DNA from: Pseudomonas phage BRkr
Sequence record: LC765218.1
Length of the DNA: 64,000 nucleotides
Direction: 5' to 3' (one strand)
A model generated the notes under the pieces. It had not been told where the DNA came from. It made no database searches and was given only the letters and a program-made list of their open reading frames with translations. This document shows, one piece after another, positions 46,805 to 56,273 of this stretch; the first letter of the stretch is position 1, and every line of letters starts with the position of its first letter. A program made the position numbers and the translations under genes.

Positions 46805-47152
46805 CTACTCTATTTCGCCTAGGTAGTTTACCTCAGTTATTTCTTTTAAAAATTTAACGAGAATGTGTCGATGGCAAAACTTACCAGCTGGACAGTAACA
46901 TCCTAGTGCAACCTTGTCCAACTCAGTCAGCCATTCGAAGTAATCTGGGAATGCAGCGTATCGTTCAGAGAGGATGTCCATATACGCATCCTCATATTGC
47001 TCATCTGTAATGGCACCGGCTTTATGTCCCATTACCATATTCCAGGTAGGGGCAAGTAATTCCTCACCACTTTTTATAGTTGTATCCAAAGGAAAGATAT
47101 GTTTCTGTCTAACCTTTCGCCATTTAGCGATTTGATAAGTATAGACGTTCAT
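46805..47152 (-). CDS. DUF488-like protein
   Basis: 115 aa. C-terminal GCYCPAGKFCHRHILVKFL matches the conserved C-x7-C-H-R motif spacing of the DUF488 family (mCSEavwwrCHRsLla). Confidence 0.4.
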   Translation of the reverse strand: MNVYTYQIAKWRKVRQKHIFPLDTTIKSGEELLAPTWNMVMGHKAGAITDEQYEDAYMDILSERYAAFPDYFEWLTELDKVALGCYCPAGKFCHRHILVKFLKEITEVNYLGEIE

Positions 47153-47167
47153 TGGAATACCTACTTG

Positions 47168-47198
47168 ACATAGAGGGAGCTAATGCTCCCGTCTATGA
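47168..47198 (-). terminator. hairpin GGGAGC-TAAT-GCTCCC flanked by ACATAGAG / TCTATG
   Basis: 6-bp stem between tandem minus-strand genes. The flanks follow the same family pattern. Confidence 0.4.
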
Positions 47199-47200
47199 TA

Positions 47201-47593
47201 TTAATCACAACAACTGCTATCGCTACTTGAACCACTATCGGTAGTATCGCTAGAAAGGGCCACAGCAGCTCCTACAGCGAAGATTGTGTTGGACAGGTCC
47301 ATATCCTCGGCTCCTCTACCAGAAGCGTAACCACGGCCTTCTGGGATCCTTAAAGGTTGAACCTGTTTTGATTCGTTTGCTCTATAGCGCTCGTACCATT
47401 CTTTTGCTGGGTCAGATAAAGTGGATCTATATTTTTCACTGCCCATTTCAACGGCTTCGCGTGCCAAAGAGATCTGTTCGCATTTACCCAAATCCCCGCG
47501 CTCGGCAGGGATAGGTTCAACGATCACAACTCCTTCTTTAGGCAGCTTTCGCTTTGGCCAGATCCAACGGAATAATCTTAGCACGTTCATCAT
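47201..47593 (-). CDS. hypothetical protein with Ser/Asp/Cys-rich C-terminus
   Basis: 130 aa. C-terminal SSDTTDSGSSSDSSCCD. Overlaps the 3' end of the upstream UvsX-like gene by 56 nt. Confidence 0.4.
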   Translation of the reverse strand: MMNVLRLFRWIWPKRKLPKEGVVIVEPIPAERGDLGKCEQISLAREAVEMGSEKYRSTLSDPAKEWYERYRANESKQVQPLRIPEGRGYASGRGAEDMDLSNTIFAVGAAVALSSDTTDSGSSSDSSCCD

Positions 47594-48977
47594 CAGTCAT
47601 CCAGTAAGGTTTATAGTCACCGGTACGCATACGAAGAAGATCGTAGGTCGAAAGGAATTTCTTATCGGTGAGAGCTTCGTCTTCTTCACACATCCAATAG
47701 CCACGAGTCGTATTCAGGATCATATCCCAATCATAACCCATCGCTTTCAGATCTTCGTACAGTGTCTTTGGATCACATACATCTTCAGCCGTCCAACGCT
47801 GGAACTGGATCAACTGAAGCATCTCAGATTGAATTTCAACAGCCCGACGAAGGGATTCGTTTTCCATAAGCTTCTTACGTACAGTGGTACGACTAAGCTT
47901 GATATCTGGGCAAAGTTCAATGTAGTAGTTCAGAAGGTTACCACCAATACCCCAACCATTTTCTTTGCAGTAATGGAACTCAGTGAGCGAAGGAAGTACA
48001 CCTTCAGTCTGAGAAACTACGATATGGAAAGGAAGGCCAGTAATACCACCTTTACCACGAAGGTTCATTACCTCCAGAATCTTAAGATCGGTATCCCCTT
48101 CCATTGCGGTCGAGTTATCGATCGGATACAGAGGCATCTTCTCTTTGTTAACAAGAGGTTTGTTAGACTCGATAGAGAATACGTTGTTAGGCAGCGAATA
48201 GAAGCCAGAACTAACGCCTTTAAGAACCGTATCCTTCTTCATGTGGGAAAGATTACGTTTATCAGTCGGGTACATCTCCATTTGGATGATGTCACCAGTG
48301 TGCGCAGTCAGTACGATATAAGTACCGGTCTTAGCACATACCTGAGGCAATTGGTTGAACAGCTGGTTCTTAGCCTTACCATTAGTCATGGCATCGGTGT
48401 TGTTACCAGATGCACCGATAGCATTCTTCTCGTACATATCCGATACGGCAGTAACGATAAACTTCGAGAAACTATCGATCAGGCCAGTTGTCGGGTACAT
48501 GCATTTCTTGTTGTTACCTTCAACATCAAGGAACGGAGTAGTGCGCTGATATTCTTTTTCTGCTTTCTCTTTCTCACCAAGTGCTGTACGGAAGAGTTTA
48601 AAGAACTCATCGCCGGTATATCGAGAAAGGTCAGTGAACATGAATTGTTCATCATGTTCCCAATCGATCTTTTGCAGATCACTGAATTGAGCTGCAAGAC
48701 TACTGAAACGTGCAACCGGGTTCAAGGTACCCTCGGTATCATAGATCATGCCATGGGAACCCGGCATAGCTCGACGAACCATCGCTAGCATATACACAGC
48801 GAGTGCAGTTTTAAAGTTGTTAGGTCGAGATGCGATACCGGTCATCGGACCGAGACCACCGTTACAGATCATCTCGCCGTGTTTACCTTGTTCATATTTA
48901 CCAGTGGATACATCCATCAGGCAGCCGATATTAACCGCCGGGCGGAAGGCCGGACGTTGGAAGTGTTTAGCGAACAT
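47538..48977 (-). CDS. UvsX/RecA-like recombinase
   Basis: GGLGPMTGIASRPNNFKTALAVYML...MIYDTEG aligns with T4 UvsX GLLILAGPSKSFKSNFGLTMV...LFYDSEFG (Walker A with FK[ST]). IVLTAHTGDI resembles UvsX IAINHTYETQ. 479 aa. Confidence 0.5.
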   Translation of the reverse strand: MFAKHFQRPAFRPAVNIGCLMDVSTGKYEQGKHGEMICNGGLGPMTGIASRPNNFKTALAVYMLAMVRRAMPGSHGMIYDTEGTLNPVARFSSLAAQFSDLQKIDWEHDEQFMFTDLSRYTGDEFFKLFRTALGEKEKAEKEYQRTTPFLDVEGNNKKCMYPTTGLIDSFSKFIVTAVSDMYEKNAIGASGNNTDAMTNGKAKNQLFNQLPQVCAKTGTYIVLTAHTGDIIQMEMYPTDKRNLSHMKKDTVLKGVSSGFYSLPNNVFSIESNKPLVNKEKMPLYPIDNSTAMEGDTDLKILEVMNLRGKGGITGLPFHIVVSQTEGVLPSLTEFHYCKENGWGIGGNLLNYYIELCPDIKLSRTTVRKKLMENESLRRAVEIQSEMLQLIQFQRWTAEDVCDPKTLYEDLKAMGYDWDMILNTTRGYWMCEEDEALTDKKFLSTYDLLRMRTGDYKPYWMTDDERAKIIPLDLAKAKAA

Positions 48978-48991
48978 TGATATTACCTTTT

Positions 48992-49009
48992 AGTGATTAG
49001 CCAATCACT
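48992..49009. promoter_or_regulatory. inverted repeat AGTGATT-AGCC-AATCACT flanked by TTGATATT direct repeats in divergent intergenic region
   Basis: 7-bp arms with a 4-nt spacer. TTGATATTA at 48977 and TTGATATTG at 49011. Between the UvsX-like gene start (minus strand) and 49076 (plus strand). Confidence 0.35.
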
Positions 49010-49075
49010 TTATTGATATTGAGAGTAATTTTATGTTTAGAGAATTCGCAACTCTTGTGCCATAGGAAAACAACC

Positions 49076-50044
49076 ATGATTAAAAATGTTCTTAATAAAT
49101 ACACTGAGAAGGTCTCCAATGAAAACGTCCAGACTGATGACGTTATCTTTGATAGTTCTCAGAATAAGTTCTTCACTGAGGGTGATCCTCAAGCAGCAGA
49201 GCAAACCCCTGAAACAGAAGTTCTTCCTGTAGATCAAACTCCTACAGACAAACTATTCGATGCTCTGGGTACAATTTCCACTGAAGCTGGTTTCATTGGT
49301 AATGTTTCTAATTGGTTTGCCCGTAAAGTATCCAATATGGGAGTTCATATTAAAGACGGTTTCCGTTATCTGACTACGTGGAACTATGATCCGCTTCTAC
49401 CTCTTAATCCTCTATCCATGAAAGGCTTTGTGGCTACTCTGGATTATTTCGAAGTTGAGAAAGAGATTGTTCCGCAACCAGCTGGCTTTAAAGGCGAAAT
49501 GCTTCCATATACCGCTGGTCTGGTATCGCGTGCACAGGTAATGGCGCAAGTAGTAGAGAAGGTTATTCGACCCGCGACATCTCGTTTTGGTCATTATCTG
49601 ACTACTCCAGAAGATCGTGCAGAACGTCGAGACTTCCAATACGGTATCGATATTGATAAATCGATTGACCAGCTTATTAAAGAAGACGCTCAGTTCTTTG
49701 CTAATAACCGCCAGTCAACTGTTGCATTTGGTAAGATTTACAGTTCGATGAATGACTTCTATGAATCTGAACAACATATGTTCGAGATTAATACCATTCT
49801 TAAAGGTGGTGAAACCTCTACCGTTAAAAGTGCAGTAGAAGCATTAAGTCAAACCGTAACTGCTTTGATGGAACGGATCGGTAAAGAAGGCGATATCAAA
49901 ACATCCAGCGAGTTCGCTAAGATGATGTCTGAGGAACTAACCCAAGTAGCTAAGTGGGTAGAGTGGTTCTCCATTCAAATGACACGAATTATTGAAACCA
50001 ATAATGTCTTAGCTGAAACAGAGAAACATCTTCGTTCTCTGTAA
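49076..50044 (+). CDS. hypothetical protein (acidic N-terminal region); possible virion protein
   Basis: RBS AGGAAAacaaccATG at 49076 (the ORF-track start 49013 lacks an RBS). 322 aa. Confidence 0.5.
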   Translation: MIKNVLNKYTEKVSNENVQTDDVIFDSSQNKFFTEGDPQAAEQTPETEVLPVDQTPTDKLFDALGTISTEAGFIGNVSNWFARKVSNMGVHIKDGFRYLTTWNYDPLLPLNPLSMKGFVATLDYFEVEKEIVPQPAGFKGEMLPYTAGLVSRAQVMAQVVEKVIRPATSRFGHYLTTPEDRAERRDFQYGIDIDKSIDQLIKEDAQFFANNRQSTVAFGKIYSSMNDFYESEQHMFEINTILKGGETSTVKSAVEALSQTVTALMERIGKEGDIKTSSEFAKMMSEELTQVAKWVEWFSIQMTRIIETNNVLAETEKHLRSL

Positions 50045-50047
50045 GAC

Positions 50048-50086
50048 AACATATTGCCCCACCTAATGGTGGGGCTTTATGCCGTT
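50048..50086. terminator. bidirectional terminator ACATATTG-CCCCACC-TAAT-GGTGGGG-CTTTATGCCG
   Basis: 8-bp GC stem between convergent genes. Confidence 0.6.
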
Positions 50087-50495
50087 AAGCTGTCGCCTGA
50101 CGTTCCTTCATGCAATGGTGTACTAATTGCTTAAGTTCTTTAACGAAAGTTTCCTTGTCTGTATATAGAAGCCAGCAGGGAGTCTTTCGAGCGATCCTTT
50201 CGAAGTACTTGTCAGATTCAAGATCAACCTTCTCGATAGGGAGGATACCTTTCCAAACGTAAGGTCCAAATAACGTTGGTAAGCGTAAGGCGCTTTCATC
50301 CCTCACGAGACGCATCACTGAATTAAGCGAAGATATCCGCTCGCATTCGTGATCGCGACACTGCACCAGTGCGGCATGCAATGACGCCATTACGCACATC
50401 CGTTTGAAGCCGTTATCCAGGTGATTCCAGATGAAAACCCAGAATGTCCTGAATGGATTTTCATCCAGCCTCAAGAATCTGCTAATAAGGCTCAT
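50085..50495 (-). CDS. hypothetical protein
   Basis: 136-aa minus-strand ORF. Confidence 0.5.
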   Translation of the reverse strand: MSLISRFLRLDENPFRTFWVFIWNHLDNGFKRMCVMASLHAALVQCRDHECERISSLNSVMRLVRDESALRLPTLFGPYVWKGILPIEKVDLESDKYFERIARKTPCWLLYTDKETFVKELKQLVHHCMKERQATA

Positions 50496-50505
50496 GAGTT
50501 ACCCA

Positions 50506-51951
50506 CTATTTTTTCAAAATGAACTGTGTGTACGGTGCTTCATAGATGGCAGAACCATCATCAGTTACAAACACAGTCGAGTATGAATAGGCTAACGGAC
50601 CCGTAGCTACAATCAGTACTTCCACTTTAACACCCTCGCAGCTGATTCGAGCGAGTTGGTTACGAGAAGGAATATCGATTGTCAATGCCAATCGGAGTGA
50701 TACCTTCTGTCCTTTATAATCGATAGGAATATCGAGATATGGTGTATTTTGAGTGATAGACTTCTTAAGTTGGGTTACCGTCTTCTTACCGCTCTGTACA
50801 GTTTCATACAGGTGATCGGTAATGTCGATTTTATAAACCGACTCTCCTATCGTTCCCGCCGTGTATTCCGCCAAACGACGTTCCAGCACGTTAAACATGC
50901 TTACCGCATCGTTAGCCATACGTGGTGGGTTGAGAGTCCTACTAATGAGACCCATATCTGGAGTTGCAAGAACAAAGATGTCATCAAAACGTACAAGAGC
51001 ATCAAGCCCAAGTGATTCGATTTGCTGGCGTTGCTTTGCTCCACAAGCATTACCCAGATTGAGAATACCGAGTTCTGGGAGGTCAGTCCCAAATGCTTTC
51101 GTATGTAGCTCAATTAGATTCTCTAAATACTCGTCAGGTTCCCGAGATTTATAGACTCCAAAGGTTGCTTCGGAAATCCTTCTCCCAAGTAGCAAATCTG
51201 CTTTGGCCAATTTATCTTTGGCAGTATCCCTAGGACGATGGCCCGCATTATGCATACTTCCGAGGTTGTACATGTAGTAGGTCCCATCCGAGGGTTTCCC
51301 ACTATTAATTCCAAAGAGCAGACGGGACTCCAGGATCAGTGGATTCATCTGAACTTTTTTCAGCTTGTTGATGGCATCGCCTTCAACCTTAACTGTTTTA
51401 GGTGTAACCGAAGCACCGCCTCCGCGTAGCGCATTGACGTCAGCCTTCTCGTTGCCTATATCTCCCGAATGGCCTTTAACCCATTTGAGTTCCAGTTTGC
51501 GGTCGTTCTTAAGCCAATCCATCTTTTGCTGGTTCAGAGCAATCCATAGATCTTTGTTGGCTACAGGATTACCATCTACCTTAACCCAATTGTTTTTTAT
51601 CCATTTTGGGAGATAAGATTCGAGACCTTTTCTGACATACTCACTATCCATAAGCATGGTTAGTTTAGTAGCCTTAGAGGCATCTGCAATCTTAAAGCCG
51701 TTAATCGCCGCACTAAGCTCAGCGGTGTTGTTCGTCGGATTATCGACTACCTTACCGAAGGAGTCGATATATTCAATAACCGTACAAGTATCCTCGGCAC
51801 CGACATCCTGATAACCCGATGCAGTTGGCTGCTGTTTTGTAGCAGCTTTAGACTTCATCGGTGTATTGGTGTAAGTGTAACCATGGACTCCCCAACCAGC
51901 TAGACCTTGACGGAATGATCCATCTGTGTATAGCACTATACCGTCGCACAT
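50506..51951 (-). CDS. RNase HI domain fused to a 290-aa C-terminal domain of unknown function
   Basis: N-terminal 190 aa carry all four RNase HI catalytic motifs: IVLYTDGS (D10), TNNTAELSAAI (E48), DSEYVRKG (D70), WVKGHSGDIGNEKAD (D134). Residues 190-481 have no recognisable motif. Confidence 0.8.
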   Translation of the reverse strand: MCDGIVLYTDGSFRQGLAGWGVHGYTYTNTPMKSKAATKQQPTASGYQDVGAEDTCTVIEYIDSFGKVVDNPTNNTAELSAAINGFKIADASKATKLTMLMDSEYVRKGLESYLPKWIKNNWVKVDGNPVANKDLWIALNQQKMDWLKNDRKLELKWVKGHSGDIGNEKADVNALRGGGASVTPKTVKVEGDAINKLKKVQMNPLILESRLLFGINSGKPSDGTYYMYNLGSMHNAGHRPRDTAKDKLAKADLLLGRRISEATFGVYKSREPDEYLENLIELHTKAFGTDLPELGILNLGNACGAKQRQQIESLGLDALVRFDDIFVLATPDMGLISRTLNPPRMANDAVSMFNVLERRLAEYTAGTIGESVYKIDITDHLYETVQSGKKTVTQLKKSITQNTPYLDIPIDYKGQKVSLRLALTIDIPSRNQLARISCEGVKVEVLIVATGPLAYSYSTVFVTDDGSAIYEAPYTQFILKK

Positions 51952-51993
51952 TGTTTTTTACCTCTGTCAACAGACTCTTAACTAAAGTATAAA

Positions 51994-52413
51994 TCAGTCG
52001 AGTTTTCTTTGACAGTGATCCAACCACTTTTGGTGGGCTTGCTCTATCTTGGATCGTTCGGCAACATTGTACGCACGAAGTTCGGCTACATACTCCGAGA
52101 GTTTCCGATCGATTTCTTCTGAAGACTGCGCACTCGCTAATTCTTCTTCGTTCGGTTTCTCGGGGAGTAAAGCAGCACGTGGGAGTACAAACGGTTCACA
52201 GCTTGCTAACGGACGCTTTTGTTCTGTGACAGGTGTTTGTATAACTCGTTCTTTCACTTCCGTTATTGTTTTAATTTGCGGCTGGCTAAATTCCCAGCTG
52301 GAAGTTGTCTCTTGCTGAACCACAGTCTGTGTGGTGTACCTCGGTGCATAAATAACGCAACCAGAAAGAGTCAAACAAAGTACTAGTAAATATTTTTTAG
52401 ACATGTGGTTCAC
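51994..52413 (-). CDS. lipoprotein (signal peptide plus lipobox LSGC)
   Basis: MNHMSKKYLLVLCLTLSGC has a signal peptide with a lipobox. The mature part is T/Q/P-rich with a C-terminal helical region. Confidence 0.5.
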   Translation of the reverse strand: MNHMSKKYLLVLCLTLSGCVIYAPRYTTQTVVQQETTSSWEFSQPQIKTITEVKERVIQTPVTEQKRPLASCEPFVLPRAALLPEKPNEEELASAQSSEEIDRKLSEYVAELRAYNVAERSKIEQAHQKWLDHCQRKLD

Positions 52414-52430
52414 CTACAGCCCATTAAAGG

Positions 52431-52718
52431 TTATTTCAGAATTTCACCCAGAAGCTTTCGCCTGGCTTGAAGCGATTCGACAGAGTCTACATCGCATACA
52501 CATTCCGGACGTTGTTTCAACTTCCAGTTCTCTGACTTAACATCATTCAACTCGCCGATAGTTAACATGAGCGACATGGCCAAGACCAGTACCATCGCAA
52601 ACATAAACGTAACGTGCTTGTTTTCCAGCATCACTTCACGGACAGTACGATCACCGAAGATCGCCCGTTTCAGGAAGGGCCACAACAGGAGCAAGGCTTT
52701 TGCAGTTAAACTGAGCAT
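52431..52718 (-). CDS. small membrane protein
   Basis: 95 aa. TM segment FMFAMVLVLAMSLMLTI. Immediately upstream of the lipoprotein gene on the same strand. Confidence 0.45.
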   Translation of the reverse strand: MLSLTAKALLLLWPFLKRAIFGDRTVREVMLENKHVTFMFAMVLVLAMSLMLTIGELNDVKSENWKLKQRPECVCDVDSVESLQARRKLLGEILK

Positions 52719-52907
52719 GATTTCCTCTGTTCAGTTAGACATTGCGCCTACCCATAAAAGCCGTGGATGGCTGAGATCAATAGACATTAAAGACAATATA
52801 CTAACCGTTTAAAAGCATTAGTATACCCGACGTTTTAAATAAGCACAAGCGGAGTGACTGATTTTATAGATGGAAGACCATCGATCTCTCGCTCATGAGG
52901 ATAGCAC

Positions 52908-54215
52908 ATGTACAATTTGAAAGGCTTTTACAGCTTCCCTGCACTCATTTCGAATGCACCTGAAACTGTAGCGAAGCTCGGCGAACTTTCGTCGAACAGC
53001 GCAACCTATGCAAAGGACAAGACTTTCCACACCGGTACGTCCGCACCAAACGTTGTTTTTATTTCTTTTCATAGCGTAAAGGATGGAAACGTTGTTGATG
53101 TTGCTGGTAACAACAAAGATCAAGTTCTTAAGCTAGGTGAATATATTTATCAACAGTCGATTTCTGGTACGATCGGTTCCGATCCTAACGTACTTCGTCA
53201 ACTGGTGATGGCAGAGTTTAATGGGGTTATCCAAAGTTTCCGTAGTGGTCAAATGATTTCTAACGGTAGCATTTGGATGCCAGAATGGGTTGAATTCGTA
53301 TTAGTTGGTTCTGAAGCTAACCAGATGAATATCTGGCTTGCAGATGAATCCTTTGCAGCTCAGTACGATGAATACATCATCGAGATCGTACATCCGATAA
53401 TTCCGTATGACGATTTCTTTAAAGATCCGCTTATTGTTAAGCAGCTACTGGACGATTATGATCTCGTTGAGAAGATCGAAGAAGTTCAGGCTAAGCGGGC
53501 ACAATATCCATATACACATCAACGGGCATTCATGTTTGAATACCATAATCCCCGTGATGATTCTATGCGTTTCCCCGCCTATTGGATTGCAATCGTCTAT
53601 GGCGAGGCTGGCAACAACCCTGACCTCATCAAAGACAAGATTGTAGAAGAACTACTGGCTGACTCTGCACATCCACGGACAGATTGGGAAGTTATTCTTC
53701 CAGACCTGTTCATGACAACTGAGTTCATCTTTACTCCATTCTGGAACCAGTATTCTATCGAACAAGCCGATTATCGAGCTGGTACCTACAGTCCTACTGT
53801 AGACCATCGTAAACGACTTCCTTTGATTCGTCGAACAGCACGTGGGCCAGGTTATACTCAAACCTACGTAGACAATAAATTCGAGCTGTCTTCGAACACA
53901 TACAAATCCATTGCCTTCTCCGTATTGGGTAACCCTCAAAACAGGAATGGTATTACACAGTTCTCGCAGAAATTTAAAGATTATCAGTTAGTAACTAACG
54001 ATACTGGGGATATCAATAAATCGTCGCCTGAAACAATTGAATGGATGATGTTGTTCTCGAAGCTACTGAAAGCAGCCGAAGGGATGACTCGCTATAGCTC
54101 TGTTCCACAAGGGGTGTCTCGCATGATTCGTGATAATGTGATTTATGCAAGCGCATACTTTAAGAACGTTAACTACATGGTTGTAGCTAAAGCTAGCGTA
54201 GAAGAATTATCCTAA
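52908..54215 (+). CDS. hypothetical structural protein (baseplate/tail region)
   Basis: 435-aa ORF with RBS GAGGAtagcacATG. Confidence 0.5.
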   Translation: MYNLKGFYSFPALISNAPETVAKLGELSSNSATYAKDKTFHTGTSAPNVVFISFHSVKDGNVVDVAGNNKDQVLKLGEYIYQQSISGTIGSDPNVLRQLVMAEFNGVIQSFRSGQMISNGSIWMPEWVEFVLVGSEANQMNIWLADESFAAQYDEYIIEIVHPIIPYDDFFKDPLIVKQLLDDYDLVEKIEEVQAKRAQYPYTHQRAFMFEYHNPRDDSMRFPAYWIAIVYGEAGNNPDLIKDKIVEELLADSAHPRTDWEVILPDLFMTTEFIFTPFWNQYSIEQADYRAGTYSPTVDHRKRLPLIRRTARGPGYTQTYVDNKFELSSNTYKSIAFSVLGNPQNRNGITQFSQKFKDYQLVTNDTGDINKSSPETIEWMMLFSKLLKAAEGMTRYSSVPQGVSRMIRDNVIYASAYFKNVNYMVVAKASVEELS

Positions 54216-54217
54216 AA

Positions 54218-54252
54218 ACATAAGGGAGAGGGGAAACCCTCTCCTTTTATTA
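54218..54252 (+). terminator. hairpin ACATAAG-GGAGAGGG-GAAA-CCCTCTCC-TTTTATTAGG
   Basis: 8-bp stem followed by a T-run, with the conserved ACATAAG flank. Confidence 0.6.
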
Positions 54253-54262
54253 GGGGATACAC

Positions 54263-55837
54263 ATGCGTCAAATTTCTATTTCACTTGCCGATAACCCTAT
54301 CGGTGCTAGTCCATTAGTTGGACTTTATAAAGCGATTAACGCTAAATATTCCAGCCTAGGTCTGACCCAAGCAAACTCTCGGGTTATTAGAGTACAACCA
54401 GCAGCAACTAAAGAAAGACCCAACCAGACAGTAGTGTTTATTCAGAAGGGAACTTCTTATGACACTATTTACGATTTTTATTACGATCGATTTAACCTAA
54501 ACGATTTTATTGAGAATCCATACTGGACGGCTTCTGAAGTTGAAGAACTCCAACAGATGGAGAACTCTACTGAAGTCCTTGGTGAAGTGGCTCGTAAATC
54601 GACTTTGAATTTAACAAAATCAGATATTTGGGTTAACGATACTTCTATCGATTATACCGGTGGACAAGTCGGACCTAACTGGTTATTAAAGTCTATTTAC
54701 AACTCACTGTATTTTACCGGCGAACTAGTTCTTTGGTTACATTCAGGTGGAGATGGTCCTGGTCCAGAGCCTGAACCTACAGATGGGTTCTATGAACATA
54801 TCTTCGAAGGTTCGATCTCTAATTACATTACTGGTACATTTGGTAACCCAGGTTACTATGTATCTCTTAGTGTACAACAGAATGGTAACCGTGTTTATGT
54901 ACTCGAACCAATTCCTGAGGGTGAGAAGGTACCTACACTGAACTGGCCTACCTACCATGAAAATGATCCAGCTACACTTGTACCTGGACATGAATGGATT
55001 ATTATCAATAACTCCGGACATGAGATCACATTTGATCCAGAGGGACTTAGTCATAATAAATTCCTCTTGCCTGCGTGGAATGTAATCGCAGTTAAACAGG
55101 GTGGGACTATTCGTGGTACTGCCATCGGTTGGGATAATAATACCAATCAATGGATTTGGGCAATTTCTGGGGATATTGTTCAAGGTAAAACTGTAGGTAG
55201 TTCTATCATGGATGACTTGATTAGTTGGTATGCCATGGAAGGGATTGCTACAGACTCACACGGCGGTCATAACTTCGGATTTAACTCTGAAAGTACGATA
55301 CCTGGTAAAGTTGGTCAAGCACTAAGTGGTATAAAAGCTTCCGGTGCTGAAGGTAACTTCGGTAGCTATAATAGCGGTACGGCAATGTTTGGTTGGTTTA
55401 AAGTAAATAACCCAACCGTAAGTCAGGAATATGTATTGACTCTTGGTAAGTTTGGCGAGTACTATGGCTGTAAGTACGGCTTATCGTACAGAGGTTCCAA
55501 CGGCTGGAGAGGATTCTCTCGCAATGCTGCTAACACAGAGACTACTGTATCTACTGGCGGTCAACACATGGGTAAAGGAGAATGGCAATTCATCGTTCTT
55601 CAAGTAAAAGATCGATTCCTTGAGATCTATGTTGACAATGGTAATCCGATACGTAAAGAAATTCCATTACCAAGTAGTGGTTCTTATGATGGTCTACAGT
55701 TCGGAGAAATCTTTAGTGATTCCAAGTTTGATGGTGCTGTAGATGAAGTTGGATTATGCTGGCGACCGCTAGAGAAAGAAGAGATCGCGTGGCTATACAA
55801 CAATGGTCAAGGTCGTACTTATGAAACTCTTGTTTAA
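54263..55837 (+). CDS. LamG/concanavalin-like domain protein (probable baseplate or fibre component)
   Basis: 524 aa. C-terminal LEIYVDNGNPIRKEIPLPSSGSYDGLQFGEI...FDGAVDEVGLCWRPLEKEEIAWLYNNGQG matches the Laminin_G_3-type jelly-roll signature (DEvriynraLs.eEI.). Confidence 0.5.
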   Translation: MRQISISLADNPIGASPLVGLYKAINAKYSSLGLTQANSRVIRVQPAATKERPNQTVVFIQKGTSYDTIYDFYYDRFNLNDFIENPYWTASEVEELQQMENSTEVLGEVARKSTLNLTKSDIWVNDTSIDYTGGQVGPNWLLKSIYNSLYFTGELVLWLHSGGDGPGPEPEPTDGFYEHIFEGSISNYITGTFGNPGYYVSLSVQQNGNRVYVLEPIPEGEKVPTLNWPTYHENDPATLVPGHEWIIINNSGHEITFDPEGLSHNKFLLPAWNVIAVKQGGTIRGTAIGWDNNTNQWIWAISGDIVQGKTVGSSIMDDLISWYAMEGIATDSHGGHNFGFNSESTIPGKVGQALSGIKASGAEGNFGSYNSGTAMFGWFKVNNPTVSQEYVLTLGKFGEYYGCKYGLSYRGSNGWRGFSRNAANTETTVSTGGQHMGKGEWQFIVLQVKDRFLEIYVDNGNPIRKEIPLPSSGSYDGLQFGEIFSDSKFDGAVDEVGLCWRPLEKEEIAWLYNNGQGRTYETLV

Positions 55838-55843
55838 GGAGGA

Positions 55844-56266
55844 ATGATGGCTACGATGTGTGTTAGTTGGCCAGAGATCATCACCATGGATCTTTCTGGT
55901 GCCGGCGCAGGTGGAGAGACTGTAAGCAATAGAAAGGATATTTTGAGTAGTACACTGATTTTAACCGGTGGTACTTTCGATGGTAAAGATAAAGCAAATG
56001 GAAATTATAATGACGCGTTTATCTTCTACCTGGATACTCCAGATATGCCTGCTGACCAGCGTGTCCGATTTAAAGTTTTCAACCATAGCGAACGTTCGAT
56101 CATATTCAACGTCCCAGAGAGATGGCTTGGTAAACGGAATGGTATTCAACTAGTTATCCAACCTGGTAACGGAGTTGAGATTCTACGTGTAGTCTGGATT
56201 GATGAAGATACACCGATTATTCGATGGATCATGCGTGGGCCACATTACGAATTCAACAACATGTAG
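55844..56266 (+). CDS. hypothetical protein
   Basis: 140-aa ORF with RBS AAGGAGGaatgATG. Confidence 0.5.
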   Translation: MMATMCVSWPEIITMDLSGAGAGGETVSNRKDILSSTLILTGGTFDGKDKANGNYNDAFIFYLDTPDMPADQRVRFKVFNHSERSIIFNVPERWLGKRNGIQLVIQPGNGVEILRVVWIDEDTPIIRWIMRGPHYEFNNM

Positions 56267-56273
56267 GTGTTAT

